DNA from: an uncultured Candidatus Saccharibacteria bacterium
Lineage (GTDB): Bacteria > Patescibacteriota > Minisyncoccia > Phycocordibacterales > UBA5272
Direction: 5' to 3'
Length of the DNA: 64,000 nucleotides
NCBI GenBank assembly: GCA_964546555.1
Contig: CAZJJX010000006.1
Span: forward strand, 545 to 64,544
Positions 35,611 through 44,566 of the stretch are shown here, piece by piece; position 1 is the stretch's first letter, and the number at the start of each line of letters is the position of its first letter. A model generated the notes under the pieces. The model was not told where the DNA came from. It ran no database searches and saw only the letters and a list, made by a program, of their open reading frames with translations. Made by a program: the position numbers and the translations under genes.

Positions 35611-36501
35611 ATGCATATCCCTGTACTTTTACAAGAATCAATAGAAGGTTTGCGTATCAAACCTGACGGCATCTATGTTGACTGCACAACTAACCGCGGT
35701 GGACATAGTAAAGAGATACTCAAAGTTCTGGATGAACGTGGTGTCCTTATCTGTATCGATCTTGATCAAGAAGCGTTACAGGAAGCACGTGAAATTCTCG
35801 AGAAAGAGTCACCAAAGGCAAAAATACATTTTATTGTATCCAACTTTAGACATTTAGCTTCTATTCTCAAAGATTTGAAGATAGAACGTGTCGATGGAAT
35901 ACTTGCTGATCTTGGTATCTCTTCGCAAGAGCTTGATGATTCAAAGAGAGGGTTTTCATTTAGATTTGATGAACCGCTCCTTATGACATTTTCAGCTAAG
36001 CCGGAAGAAGATATGACAACCGCATATGACATCGTGAACTTCTGGAGCGAATCAACAATTGCAGATGTACTCTATGGATTTGCAGATGAAACATATGCAC
36101 GACGTATTGCCAAAAGAATCGTAGAGAAAAGAATAGAATCACCGATAAAAACTACATTTGAACTCGTTGATATCATTGCCTCATCGGTTCCGGCTGTGTA
36201 TCGTCACAAAAAAACCCACTTTGCCACAAAAACATTCCAAGCACTTCGTATGGCGACCAACGACGAACTTGGCAGCGTAAGCGAACTTATCGATACATTA
36301 CCGACAGTGCTAATGGGGGAAGGTAGAGCATGTATCATTACCTTCCACAGTACAGAAGATAGAATTGTAAAACATAAACTTCGTTCCTATCAGGAAACAC
36401 TTAAACCAATTACTAAAAAAGCAATTATCCCAACAAACGAAGAGATAGATGCAAATGTTCGCGCAAGAAGTGCTCAATTAAGAATCGTTGAAAGAATTTA
36501 A
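35611..36501 (+). CDS. rsmH: 16S rRNA (cytosine1402-N4)-methyltransferase RsmH
   Basis: HIPVLLQE, YVDCT...GGHS, DLGISS.QLD...RGFSF, ITFHS.EDR.VK. Confidence 0.95.
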   Translation: MHIPVLLQESIEGLRIKPDGIYVDCTTNRGGHSKEILKVLDERGVLICIDLDQEALQEAREILEKESPKAKIHFIVSNFRHLASILKDLKIERVDGILADLGISSQELDDSKRGFSFRFDEPLLMTFSAKPEEDMTTAYDIVNFWSESTIADVLYGFADETYARRIAKRIVEKRIESPIKTTFELVDIIASSVPAVYRHKKTHFATKTFQALRMATNDELGSVSELIDTLPTVLMGEGRACIITFHSTEDRIVKHKLRSYQETLKPITKKAIIPTNEEIDANVRARSAQLRIVERI

Positions 36502-36537
36502 TTATTATCATAACTACTCACGACAAGTTCCTAACGT

Positions 36538-36855
36538 ATGAATCTCACTTACACTTCAAAAACTTTTTATGAACGAGCAGTTCATACTATGCTTGGCACA
36601 TTGTGTATTCTTGCGCTAGTGTACTGTGCCGTTCTTCTTTCACTTGTTTTTTCTGTCATTGAGCGTAAGCAAAATACAATCGCTTCTCGTGATCTTTCTT
36701 CACAGCTTTCTTCTTATGAAGCAAAGTATGCAAATACTGTTGCGTCAATCTCAGAAACAGACCTTTCGTCACATGATTTTGTACGTGTTGATAATGCAAC
36801 ATTTGCAGTTCGTAAAGATGATATAGCAAGTTATACTGTGCTCTATGCACGCTAA
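36538..36855 (+). CDS. FtsL-position single-pass membrane protein
   Basis: 105 aa with one TM helix, located between rsmH and ftsI. Assignment is by position only. Confidence 0.4.
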   Translation: MNLTYTSKTFYERAVHTMLGTLCILALVYCAVLLSLVFSVIERKQNTIASRDLSSQLSSYEAKYANTVASISETDLSSHDFVRVDNATFAVRKDDIASYTVLYAR

Positions 36856-38608
36856 TTCTGGTCGTCAAAAATTTCCTACGCTTTCTCGTGATCAGGAGAT
36901 GCGTTCAAAAAGTAGAATCGATATGGTTCTTTTGGCGCTCCTTGTACTTACACTTATCATAGTATCAAGAGCTTTTTATATTCAAGTAGTTAAGCATGAG
37001 TACTACACTGAACTTGCTGATAAACAATATGTTTCTAAAATTCCTATCAACTTTGATCGTGGGAATATTTATTTTTCCCGCTACAAGAGCACGGTAGTTC
37101 CTGTGGCGCAACTAAAGACAACTTATAGAATCGCTATAGATCCGGCACAGATTACAAACGCAGAGACGTTGTATAAGCGTCTAAGTGAAGTCCTTCCTTC
37201 GCTTGATAGAGATGCTTTTATTGCAAAGGCAAGCAAAGTAAATGACCCATATGAAGAAGTTGCAAAAAATGTCTCAGAAGAAGATGTGGCAGTTTTGCGT
37301 ACAAAAAAACTTGCAGGAGTTACTTTTGTAAAAGATAATAAGCGGTCATATCCTCAAGATACTATCGGTGCTAAGGTGATCGGTTTTGTTGGCTCTGATG
37401 GTGTTCATGTAAGAGGACAGTATGGTCTTGAGCGATACTATGATGATATTCTTACACGTAAGAGTAATGATATGACCGTTAACTTTTTTGCAGAGCTGTT
37501 TACTGACATTCAAAAGACGATTATTTCAAATACTGATAAACAAGAAGGTGATATTGTGCTTACTATTGATGCTGAAGCAGAGCGTGTCTTACATCAGACA
37601 CTTCTTGAGACTAAGAAAACATGGAATTCGGATACTATAGGTGGTATCATCATGGATCCAAAAACTGGGAGGATTATTGCGATGGACGGATTGCCAACCT
37701 TTAACCCAAATGATTTTACGCAAGTAAAGAATTCTCAAGATTTTGCAAATCAAAATGTCTCAGGAGTGTACGAAATGGGTAGTATTATTAAGCCAATTAC
37801 CATGGCGTCTGCTCTTGATGCTGGTGTGGTCAGTGAGTCTACAACATATGATGATACAGGTTTTCGTGACCTTAATGGTTACAAGGTTCGTAACTTCGAT
37901 GGCAAACCTCGTGGTAAGGGCACAACGATGCAGATGGTCCTTGACCAGTCACTTAACGTTGGTATCGTATTTTTGGTTGAGCAGTTAGGAACAAAGCGAT
38001 TCCAAGAGTACTTTAAGAGATTTGGTATAGGTACAGAGACTGGTATCGATCTACCAACAGAGGCAAGTGGTCTTACAAAAAATATCGAAAGTCCTGTTCT
38101 GGTTGATAATGCAACTGCTGGTTTTGGGCAAGGTATTGCAATTTCTCCTATCCAAACAATCCGTGCTCTCGCTGTCCTTGGTAACGGGGGTAAACTTGTG
38201 TCACCACATGTTGTTGATAGTATTGTTTATCAAAATGGTGATGTTAAGAAAATGGCCTATGAAGACGGTGAGCAGGTAATTAGCGCTTCCACAAGTGAGA
38301 GAGTTTCTCGTATGCTTGTGCATGTGGTAGATACAGCACTTCAGAAAGGTGCAATGAAAATGGATCGTTATACCATTGCTGCAAAGACCGGCACCGCACA
38401 GATGGTAAAGCCAGGGGGAGGGTATTATGAGGACAGGTACCTCCACTCTTTCTTTGGCTATTTTCCTGCATATGATCCTAAGTATATTATTTTCCTTTTT
38501 CATACGTACCCAAAAGGTGCAGAGTATGCTTCAGCAACCCTCACCGACCCATTCTTTAAGCTTGTAAAATTCTTGATTAGTTACTACGAATTGCCGCCTG
38601 ACAGATAG
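36845..38608 (+). CDS. ftsI: peptidoglycan D,D-transpeptidase FtsI-type PBP
   Basis: N-terminal TM helix, GSIIKPIT (SxxK), SLN, KTGTAQ. The start could instead be ATG 36899. Confidence 0.9.
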   Translation: MHANSGRQKFPTLSRDQEMRSKSRIDMVLLALLVLTLIIVSRAFYIQVVKHEYYTELADKQYVSKIPINFDRGNIYFSRYKSTVVPVAQLKTTYRIAIDPAQITNAETLYKRLSEVLPSLDRDAFIAKASKVNDPYEEVAKNVSEEDVAVLRTKKLAGVTFVKDNKRSYPQDTIGAKVIGFVGSDGVHVRGQYGLERYYDDILTRKSNDMTVNFFAELFTDIQKTIISNTDKQEGDIVLTIDAEAERVLHQTLLETKKTWNSDTIGGIIMDPKTGRIIAMDGLPTFNPNDFTQVKNSQDFANQNVSGVYEMGSIIKPITMASALDAGVVSESTTYDDTGFRDLNGYKVRNFDGKPRGKGTTMQMVLDQSLNVGIVFLVEQLGTKRFQEYFKRFGIGTETGIDLPTEASGLTKNIESPVLVDNATAGFGQGIAISPIQTIRALAVLGNGGKLVSPHVVDSIVYQNGDVKKMAYEDGEQVISASTSERVSRMLVHVVDTALQKGAMKMDRYTIAAKTGTAQMVKPGGGYYEDRYLHSFFGYFPAYDPKYIIFLFHTYPKGAEYASATLTDPFFKLVKFLISYYELPPDR

Positions 38609-38629
38609 TGATACTTGTTACTATAAAAT

Positions 38630-38661
38630 AAAATGTGGCAACATCTAGTTGCCACATTATT
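38630..38661. terminator. bidirectional terminator hairpin
   Basis: AAATGTGGCAAC-ATCTAG-TTGCCACATT between convergent genes. Confidence 0.75.
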
Positions 38662-38669
38662 GTGAGATC

Positions 38670-39194
38670 TCACTGTAAATTGCCGGTTGTGTTACCGGCT
38701 CTCCACTTGTAGTTTCGGTAAGAGAATTTACCATCTTCGTAATGGGTAACGATGATGACTTCAATATCGTCATCATTTTTGAGATTAACACATTTATTGA
38801 AATCGTCACCCCCTAACTTTTTTTCTCCGTAGTAGGAAAGATTAAGGTTGTGTTTATCATCTACTATGTTACTGACGCGAAAGCGACACTCTGTCACTGA
38901 AGGGGAACTGGTTGCTTCAGCGTGTGTAGCGTAACCAACTGCACCACCTACAGCTGTGGTAATAGGGATAGATAAGCCGCCTGTAATAGCTGCTGCTGTG
39001 CCTACTAGAGCACCAGGAAGTGCTGCTAAGGTCTTATTTTCGGTATTTCCGTGTGTAAGAATAAGATCGCTTATCTTACTCTTTAGTATCGTCTTATTTT
39101 CAGTGTGCTCTGGCTGTTTTAAAGCATCGCAACCTGCTAGACCTAGGTATGTGCACATTGCTAAAAAAGCGATAATTGCATTACGATATTTCAT
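38670..39194 (-). CDS. lipoprotein with a glycine-zipper segment, hypothetical
   Basis: Signal peptide plus lipobox LGLAGC, GALVGTAAAITGG...AVGGAVG, and an AAGGAG SD. Confidence 0.7.
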   Translation of the reverse strand: MKYRNAIIAFLAMCTYLGLAGCDALKQPEHTENKTILKSKISDLILTHGNTENKTLAALPGALVGTAAAITGGLSIPITTAVGGAVGYATHAEATSSPSVTECRFRVSNIVDDKHNLNLSYYGEKKLGGDDFNKCVNLKNDDDIEVIIVTHYEDGKFSYRNYKWRAGNTTGNLQ

Positions 39195-39305
39195 CTTGTT
39201 CTCCTTGGTAAGTACCCCTGGTTAAAGCCTATGACAACTTACCATCTTTGTCAAACCGCTGACTATTTTGCTTGCTATAAGTTGTAAGCATTATACACTG
39301 TTGTT

Positions 39306-40754
39306 ATGATACATAATGCAAGAATTAAAAAATTAAACGAAATAACTTATAACGGTGGTACTGTTGTCTATCAAATGTGTCGTGATATTCGTGCTATTGA
39401 TAACGACGCATTGCTTTTTGCTCAGGAGTTGGCTATATCTAAAAAGGCGCAACTTATTGTAAATTACGTTATTTGGAACTATACATGGCAAGGGGCAACA
39501 CGGAGATTGTATGATTGGGTTCTGCCATCATTACAAGAAGTAGAAAAAGAATTACGAAAGCATAATATCCCGCTTGTAGTTACTTTTGAGGAAGAGAAAT
39601 TATTTTCTAAAAAGAAATTTACTAAAGTACCTGATCATGTTGGTGCTGTGGTTATTGATCAGCTTCCACTGAGATTTATGAGAAAGTGGAAAGAGCAGTT
39701 TTTGAAACATAACGGAACGGTTCCATTGTATGAAGTAGATGCACATAATTGTATTCCTGTCTGGGAATTGTCACAAAAGCAGGAGTTTGCAGCACACACC
39801 ATTAGAAGAAAAGCACACGAAAAGCTTCCTCTTTTTTTGGAAGAGTTTAAAAAACTTTCCAAGCATCTTCCAAATAAGGATCTGCTAACAACTATCCAAG
39901 AGGTGCATTGGATTGAGGTTTCTTGTCTAATCAAGTGCGATGAAAGTGTTACAGAAACAGGGTCATTTACTCCTGGGACAGATGCAGGTATGAAGCTTCT
40001 TAAAGAATTTTTAGAAACCAAGCTTGCCAATTATGACACAAGTCGAAATGATATTAACGTTGAAGGGCAGAGTAATCTTTCAGCATACATAGCTCATGGC
40101 AATATTTCACGTCGTCGAATTATTTTGGAACTTTTGAAATACACAAAAGTAGAAATAACTGATGCATTTGATGCTGTGAAGAATGGCTCAAATGGCACCA
40201 TGGGGAGTGTGGCGGCTTTTATTGAAGAGTGTGTTGTAAGAGCTGAGATTGCTGAGAATTTTTGTTTTTATAATGAAATGTATGACTCATACGACGGGTT
40301 TCCATCATGGGCGCAAGATACATTACAGAAGGCAAGTGCTGATCGACGTGAATATACCTATACCTATGAAGAATTTCGTGATGCAAAAACTCATGATGAC
40401 GTGTGGAATGCAGCTCAGATGCAGATGGTGACAACAGGGAAGATGCATGGCTATATGAGAATGTACTGGGCAAAAAAGATTCTTGAATGGAGTGCTTCAC
40501 CAGAAGATGCGATGAGAACTGCTGTTACTTTAAATGATATCTATGAATTAGATGGAAGAGAACCAAATGGTTATGTTGGGTGTGCATGGAGCATCGGAGG
40601 GTTACATGATAGACCATGGTTTCCTCGGCCTATATTTGGTGCGGTGCGATACATGGCATTATCTGGTGTAAAAAAACGTGGTGACATCAAACGCTACATA
40701 ACAACATGGCTCAAGCAATCCAGTTCACTTTTTGATACAACTACAAATGACTAG
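39306..40754 (+). CDS. class II CPD photolyase
   Basis: HGNISRRR, KMHGYMRMYWAKKILEW, GYVGCAWSIGGLHDRPW..RPIFG..RYM are typical class II motifs. Confidence 0.9.
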   Translation: MIHNARIKKLNEITYNGGTVVYQMCRDIRAIDNDALLFAQELAISKKAQLIVNYVIWNYTWQGATRRLYDWVLPSLQEVEKELRKHNIPLVVTFEEEKLFSKKKFTKVPDHVGAVVIDQLPLRFMRKWKEQFLKHNGTVPLYEVDAHNCIPVWELSQKQEFAAHTIRRKAHEKLPLFLEEFKKLSKHLPNKDLLTTIQEVHWIEVSCLIKCDESVTETGSFTPGTDAGMKLLKEFLETKLANYDTSRNDINVEGQSNLSAYIAHGNISRRRIILELLKYTKVEITDAFDAVKNGSNGTMGSVAAFIEECVVRAEIAENFCFYNEMYDSYDGFPSWAQDTLQKASADRREYTYTYEEFRDAKTHDDVWNAAQMQMVTTGKMHGYMRMYWAKKILEWSASPEDAMRTAVTLNDIYELDGREPNGYVGCAWSIGGLHDRPWFPRPIFGAVRYMALSGVKKRGDIKRYITTWLKQSSSLFDTTTND

Positions 40755-40790
40755 TTTTATTTTTTATTTCGTGATATCGTAGAAGCTTGT

Positions 40791-41435
40791 GTGTACGCCA
40801 GTGTGGTGTACCCAAACAATAGGAGAAATTCGGTGGCGCTATCACCTCCACGTCAACTTTTTGTGCTGCTTCTGCTTTCTGCGACTGCGCTCCTTGCGTT
40901 TGCGCAAATAACGAAGCCCCCTGAGATTCTTGTTCCTGCCTCAACATATCAATCAATTGTTGTTGACGGTACCAAAGACACATTCGATCCTGCTTTGTCA
41001 TTTAGTGTTAGCAATAAGACAGTAAAAATCTGCAGTGTAAGTAATATTGCAAAAATAATTCTTACCACACCTCGTAGAAGTAAAGGTCAAATGACGCGAG
41101 TTGTCTTGTATCAGATTGGTAGAGAAACTGCAGATAATTTGATTCTTGTACAACTACGTGAAAAGAAACATAGGCAGTACACGTTCACACCTCAAGTGAT
41201 CTATGAACTCATGAAGAACACTGATGATGGGAAAGTGAGGTCAATGTGGGAGAGTGCTAAGAATGTCTATTTCTATGTACGGCACAACAATAAGCCAGTA
41301 ACTGTTACAGTTGCAAAGCAAGATTGTGGATTTTTTGTTGATGCTACTGATAATATCCTAAAAAAACGTTCCCCACCAAATCCTCCTGAAATGATCCGGA
41401 GGAAGGACGAACTTGTTGCGGTTGTAGTACCGTAA
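40791..41435 (+). CDS. secreted hypothetical protein (start uncertain)
   Basis: GTG start and a signal-like LFVLLLLSATALLAFAQ. No family motif. Confidence 0.45.
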   Translation: MYASVVYPNNRRNSVALSPPRQLFVLLLLSATALLAFAQITKPPEILVPASTYQSIVVDGTKDTFDPALSFSVSNKTVKICSVSNIAKIILTTPRRSKGQMTRVVLYQIGRETADNLILVQLREKKHRQYTFTPQVIYELMKNTDDGKVRSMWESAKNVYFYVRHNNKPVTVTVAKQDCGFFVDATDNILKKRSPPNPPEMIRRKDELVAVVVP

Positions 41436-41527
41436 TCATCACCTGAGCTATGTGCTCGGGTTTTTTCTGTCTACAGATATAAAAACTTGCTTTTTTTTAT
41501 AAATATTGTATAATATATAATATATCT

Positions 41528-42400
41528 ATGCTAAAAAAAGCACCTACAAAACAATCTAAAGAACGTACTTTTTCTCAAAGAGGTCTACCTAAGCGTGCTT
41601 TTAAGACCGCCTCAAGTTTACCACCTAAAGACACTTCATGGGGGAATGTTGCAACGTGGTATGATGCACATCTAGAAAAAGGCAAAGACACCTATCATGA
41701 AAAAGTTGTCTACCCACATCTTCTTAGAATTATTGGGGAAGCGAAAGATAAGCGTGTTCTTGATCTTGCGTGTGGGCAGGGGCAGTTCTCGCGAATGCTC
41801 TCAGAAAAGGGAAGTCTTGTAACGGGTATTGATCTTGGTGAAGAGCTTATCACAATAGCCAAAAAGCAGAACGCTTTATTACCTGCGAAAAAAAATCCTA
41901 TTACGTATGTTCATGGTAGCGCCGATACCTTGTCGATGTTTTCTGATGTGTCATTTGATATTGTTGTATGTGTGCTTGCACTTCAGAATATCGAGAATCT
42001 TTCAAAAACAATTAAAGAAGCACATCGTGTTCTAAAAGATAAGGGGACGTTTATCTTCGTGCTTAACCATCCTGCTTTTCGTAATCCTCGTCAAACACAC
42101 TGGGGATACGATGAGTCAACTGACACACAGTATAGACGTGTTGATGAATATATGAGTGAGTCACATACTAGGATTGACATGACTCCTGGAAGTAGTAAAG
42201 AGAAGAAGTTTACGGTGTCATTTCACCGGCCGCTTCAGGTATATATTAAGGCACTCGCAAAAGCAGGTTTTGTATTAGCACGACTTGAAGAATGGGAGAG
42301 TCATAAAGTAAGTGAACAAGGACCTCGTCAAAAAGCAGAGAACAAGTCTCGTAAAGAAATTCCACTGTTTATGTGTATTGAGGCGAAGAAAGGGAATTAG
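41528..42400 (+). CDS. class I SAM-dependent methyltransferase
   Basis: VLDLACGQGQFS (motif I), DIVVCVLALQNI, GTFIFVLNHP. Confidence 0.85.
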   Translation: MLKKAPTKQSKERTFSQRGLPKRAFKTASSLPPKDTSWGNVATWYDAHLEKGKDTYHEKVVYPHLLRIIGEAKDKRVLDLACGQGQFSRMLSEKGSLVTGIDLGEELITIAKKQNALLPAKKNPITYVHGSADTLSMFSDVSFDIVVCVLALQNIENLSKTIKEAHRVLKDKGTFIFVLNHPAFRNPRQTHWGYDESTDTQYRRVDEYMSESHTRIDMTPGSSKEKKFTVSFHRPLQVYIKALAKAGFVLARLEEWESHKVSEQGPRQKAENKSRKEIPLFMCIEAKKGN

Positions 42401-42405
42401 TTGTC

Positions 42406-42460
42406 AATACAAGAAAATCAGGAGCGGCGCCTACGGCGCCGCTCCTGATTTTCTTGTATT
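42406..42460 (+). terminator. terminator-like 26-bp perfect palindrome
   Basis: AATACAAGAAAATCAGGAGCGGCGCC-TAC-GGCGCCGCTCCTGATTTTCTTGTATT. Confidence 0.75.
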
Positions 42461-42540
42461 GTATTACTAACTGCTAACACTTAACCCTTAGCTTAATCAC
42501 TAGTCACTGACCACTGTATTGTATGCTATACTATACTCCT

Positions 42541-43227
42541 ATGAAAAAAATGTCACATTTCTTCCTAAAAACAACTGAAGGCAAGTTCCTTGGTTCTGTT
42601 GGTGCCGTGCTTATTGTATTACTTGGGTATTATTTTTACGCTGCACCTAGTTCGTCTACGACTAAGACAGAGGACATTGTTATTAAGCAGACTGACCATG
42701 TTCGTGGCGCAAAGGATGGCAAGGTAACACTTGTTGAGTTTGGTGATTTTCAGTGTCCTGCCTGTGCTGCATATGAACCTATTGTTCGTCAGGTGATGCA
42801 AGACAATAAAGATATCTTGAAGTTTTCATTCCGTCATTTTCCATTAACACAAATTCACAAGAACGCACTTCTTGCTGCAAAGGCTTCAGAAGCAGCAGGT
42901 ATTCAAGGTAAGTTCTGGGAGATGCATGACATGCTCTATGATAAGCAAGAAGAGTGGGGTGAAGCGCTTAATGCTCGTGAGTACATTATGATGTATGCAA
43001 CAACACTTAAGTTAGATATAAAGAAGTTTACATCTGATCTTGAGAGTAAAACTCTTGAAGATAAAATTCTCGCTGAGTTTAAGGAAGGTGTAGGACTCGG
43101 TGTCCAAGGTACTCCTACATTCTTTATCAACGGTCAGAAAGTAGAAAATAATCCTCGTGACCTTGCTGCATTTAACAAGATGATCCAAGAAGCAGCGAAG
43201 GATGCAGCTATGCCTACGAAAAAGTAA
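42541..43227 (+). CDS. DsbA-family thiol:disulfide oxidoreductase (membrane-anchored)
   Basis: N-terminal TM helix, FGDFQCPACAAYEP (CxxC), GTPTFFING (cis-Pro loop). Confidence 0.85.
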   Translation: MKKMSHFFLKTTEGKFLGSVGAVLIVLLGYYFYAAPSSSTTKTEDIVIKQTDHVRGAKDGKVTLVEFGDFQCPACAAYEPIVRQVMQDNKDILKFSFRHFPLTQIHKNALLAAKASEAAGIQGKFWEMHDMLYDKQEEWGEALNAREYIMMYATTLKLDIKKFTSDLESKTLEDKILAEFKEGVGLGVQGTPTFFINGQKVENNPRDLAAFNKMIQEAAKDAAMPTKK

Positions 43228-43277
43228 ATTACGTCCAGAGATCTTGAATTACTATTAACCATTAACTATAAACTATC

Positions 43278-43505
43278 GTGATTAAGGAATTTTTACTCAA
43301 ACAAGCAGTCAAACATGGTACAAAGAACCTCCCAAAGGATCAAGCAGAAATGCTTCAGAAGGCGGTAGAGAAGAATCCGAAGCTGTTTGAAAAGATTGCA
43401 AAGGAAATCGATGAGCTAAAGAAATCTGGTAAACCAGAAATGTATGCAGCGCTCGATGTGATGAAGAAGTATGAGAAGGAGCTCCGGGAAGCATTAGCAA
43501 GCTAG
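43278..43505 (+). CDS. hypothetical K/E-rich helical protein
   Basis: 75 aa with a GTG start, followed by a terminator. Confidence 0.4.
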   Translation: MIKEFLLKQAVKHGTKNLPKDQAEMLQKAVEKNPKLFEKIAKEIDELKKSGKPEMYAALDVMKKYEKELREALAS

Positions 43506-43524
43506 TGGAGCTATATAAGTAAAT

Positions 43525-43555
43525 AAAAAACTATGTCTTACGACATAGTTTTTTA
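43525..43555 (+). terminator. rho-independent terminator
   Basis: AAAAAACTATGTC-TTAC-GACATAGTTTTTT. Confidence 0.8.
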
Positions 43556-43730
43556 TTCGCGCATCCTGCGTGAACGCAGGAATACCCCATGGCGTCAGCC
43601 TGAGGGATGAATGCGTAACTCATATCGTAAGGTATGAGCAAACAGCAGAGCTGTTTGAAGCCATAATCCAAAGGATTAGGGGACAAGGATACCATGTGGC
43701 GTGAGCCCACGGTGTTTCATTTACTAAAAA
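43556..43730. other. GC-enriched cluster of short hairpins, unassigned (ncRNA or REP-like element?)
   Basis: Consecutive hairpins: CCTGCG-TGAA-CGCAGG, CTCATA-8 nt-TATGAG, AACAGC-AGA-GCTGTT, TAATCC-AAA-GGATTA, ACC.TGTGG-7 nt-CCACGGT. Internal repeat ATACC..ATGGCGT[C/G]AGCC. Confidence 0.3.
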
Positions 43731-43789
43731 GTTTTAATACATAAGAGAAATTTAGTTATCCACAAGAAAATTCTTGTTGTTCTATTGCA

Positions 43790-43807
43790 CTAGAACATTT
43801 GTTCTAG
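43790..43807. promoter_or_regulatory. LexA operator (Cheo-type SOS box)
   Basis: CTAGAACATTTGTTCTAG is a perfect 8+2+8 palindrome containing GAAC-N4-GTTC. It ends 12 nt before the lexA ATG and overlaps TAGTAT. Confidence 0.8.
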
Positions 43808-43819
43808 TATGCTAAAAGT

Positions 43820-44383
43820 ATGAAAGACAAAGAAGTAGTATCAGAATTTTTTATTGAACATAACCGTATGCCAACATACGAAGAGATGAAGTCACTCTTT
43901 GGAGTAGCGTCCAAAAACACCGTCGCCTATAGAGTCAACAAGCTCCTCGAAGAAGGATTCCTTCTGAAAGATGGCACCAAGCTCATGCTCGCAGAGACAG
44001 GATCGGTAATGCGGCTGAGCACAGTGCAAGCAGGATTTCCAACCGCAGCAGATGAGGATGTTGAGACAGAACTACTCTCCCTTGATGACTTCCTGATAGA
44101 ACGAAAACAGAGTACATATATGCTAGAAGTCCAAGGGGAGTCGATGATAGATGCAGGGATATTAGAAGGAGATCTGGTTTTGGTAGAAAGAGGAAGGACG
44201 CCGCGAAGGGGAGATATCGTACTAGCCCTCGTCGAGAATGAATATACACTTAAATATCTCGAAACAGAAAATGGTAAACCAGTTCTTGTTCCCGCAAACA
44301 AAGCATTCAAGAAAATTTATCCGAATCCAAATAAGTTACGCATTGAGGCGGTATTAAAAGCAGTAGTCCGAAAGTACAGGTAA
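43820..44383 (+). CDS. lexA: LexA repressor (S24 peptidase)
   Basis: Winged-helix N-domain, Ala-Gly cleavage site (VQAGFP), GESM (Ser) and TLKY (Lys). Confidence 0.9.
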   Translation: MKDKEVVSEFFIEHNRMPTYEEMKSLFGVASKNTVAYRVNKLLEEGFLLKDGTKLMLAETGSVMRLSTVQAGFPTAADEDVETELLSLDDFLIERKQSTYMLEVQGESMIDAGILEGDLVLVERGRTPRRGDIVLALVENEYTLKYLETENGKPVLVPANKAFKKIYPNPNKLRIEAVLKAVVRKYR

Positions 44384-44566
44384 CAAATTATAGATAAGAG
44401 ACATACAGACACTCAGACCGCTTCGCATACAGACATCAGACATAATAGAAATATCTTAGTTCTGAAACTTTACTCAAGAATTTCAATTTTAAAATACTGT
44501 GAATTTAAAAAATCTACGAATTAGGAATCGCTACAACTAGTAACAATTAACTATTAACTAACAATC

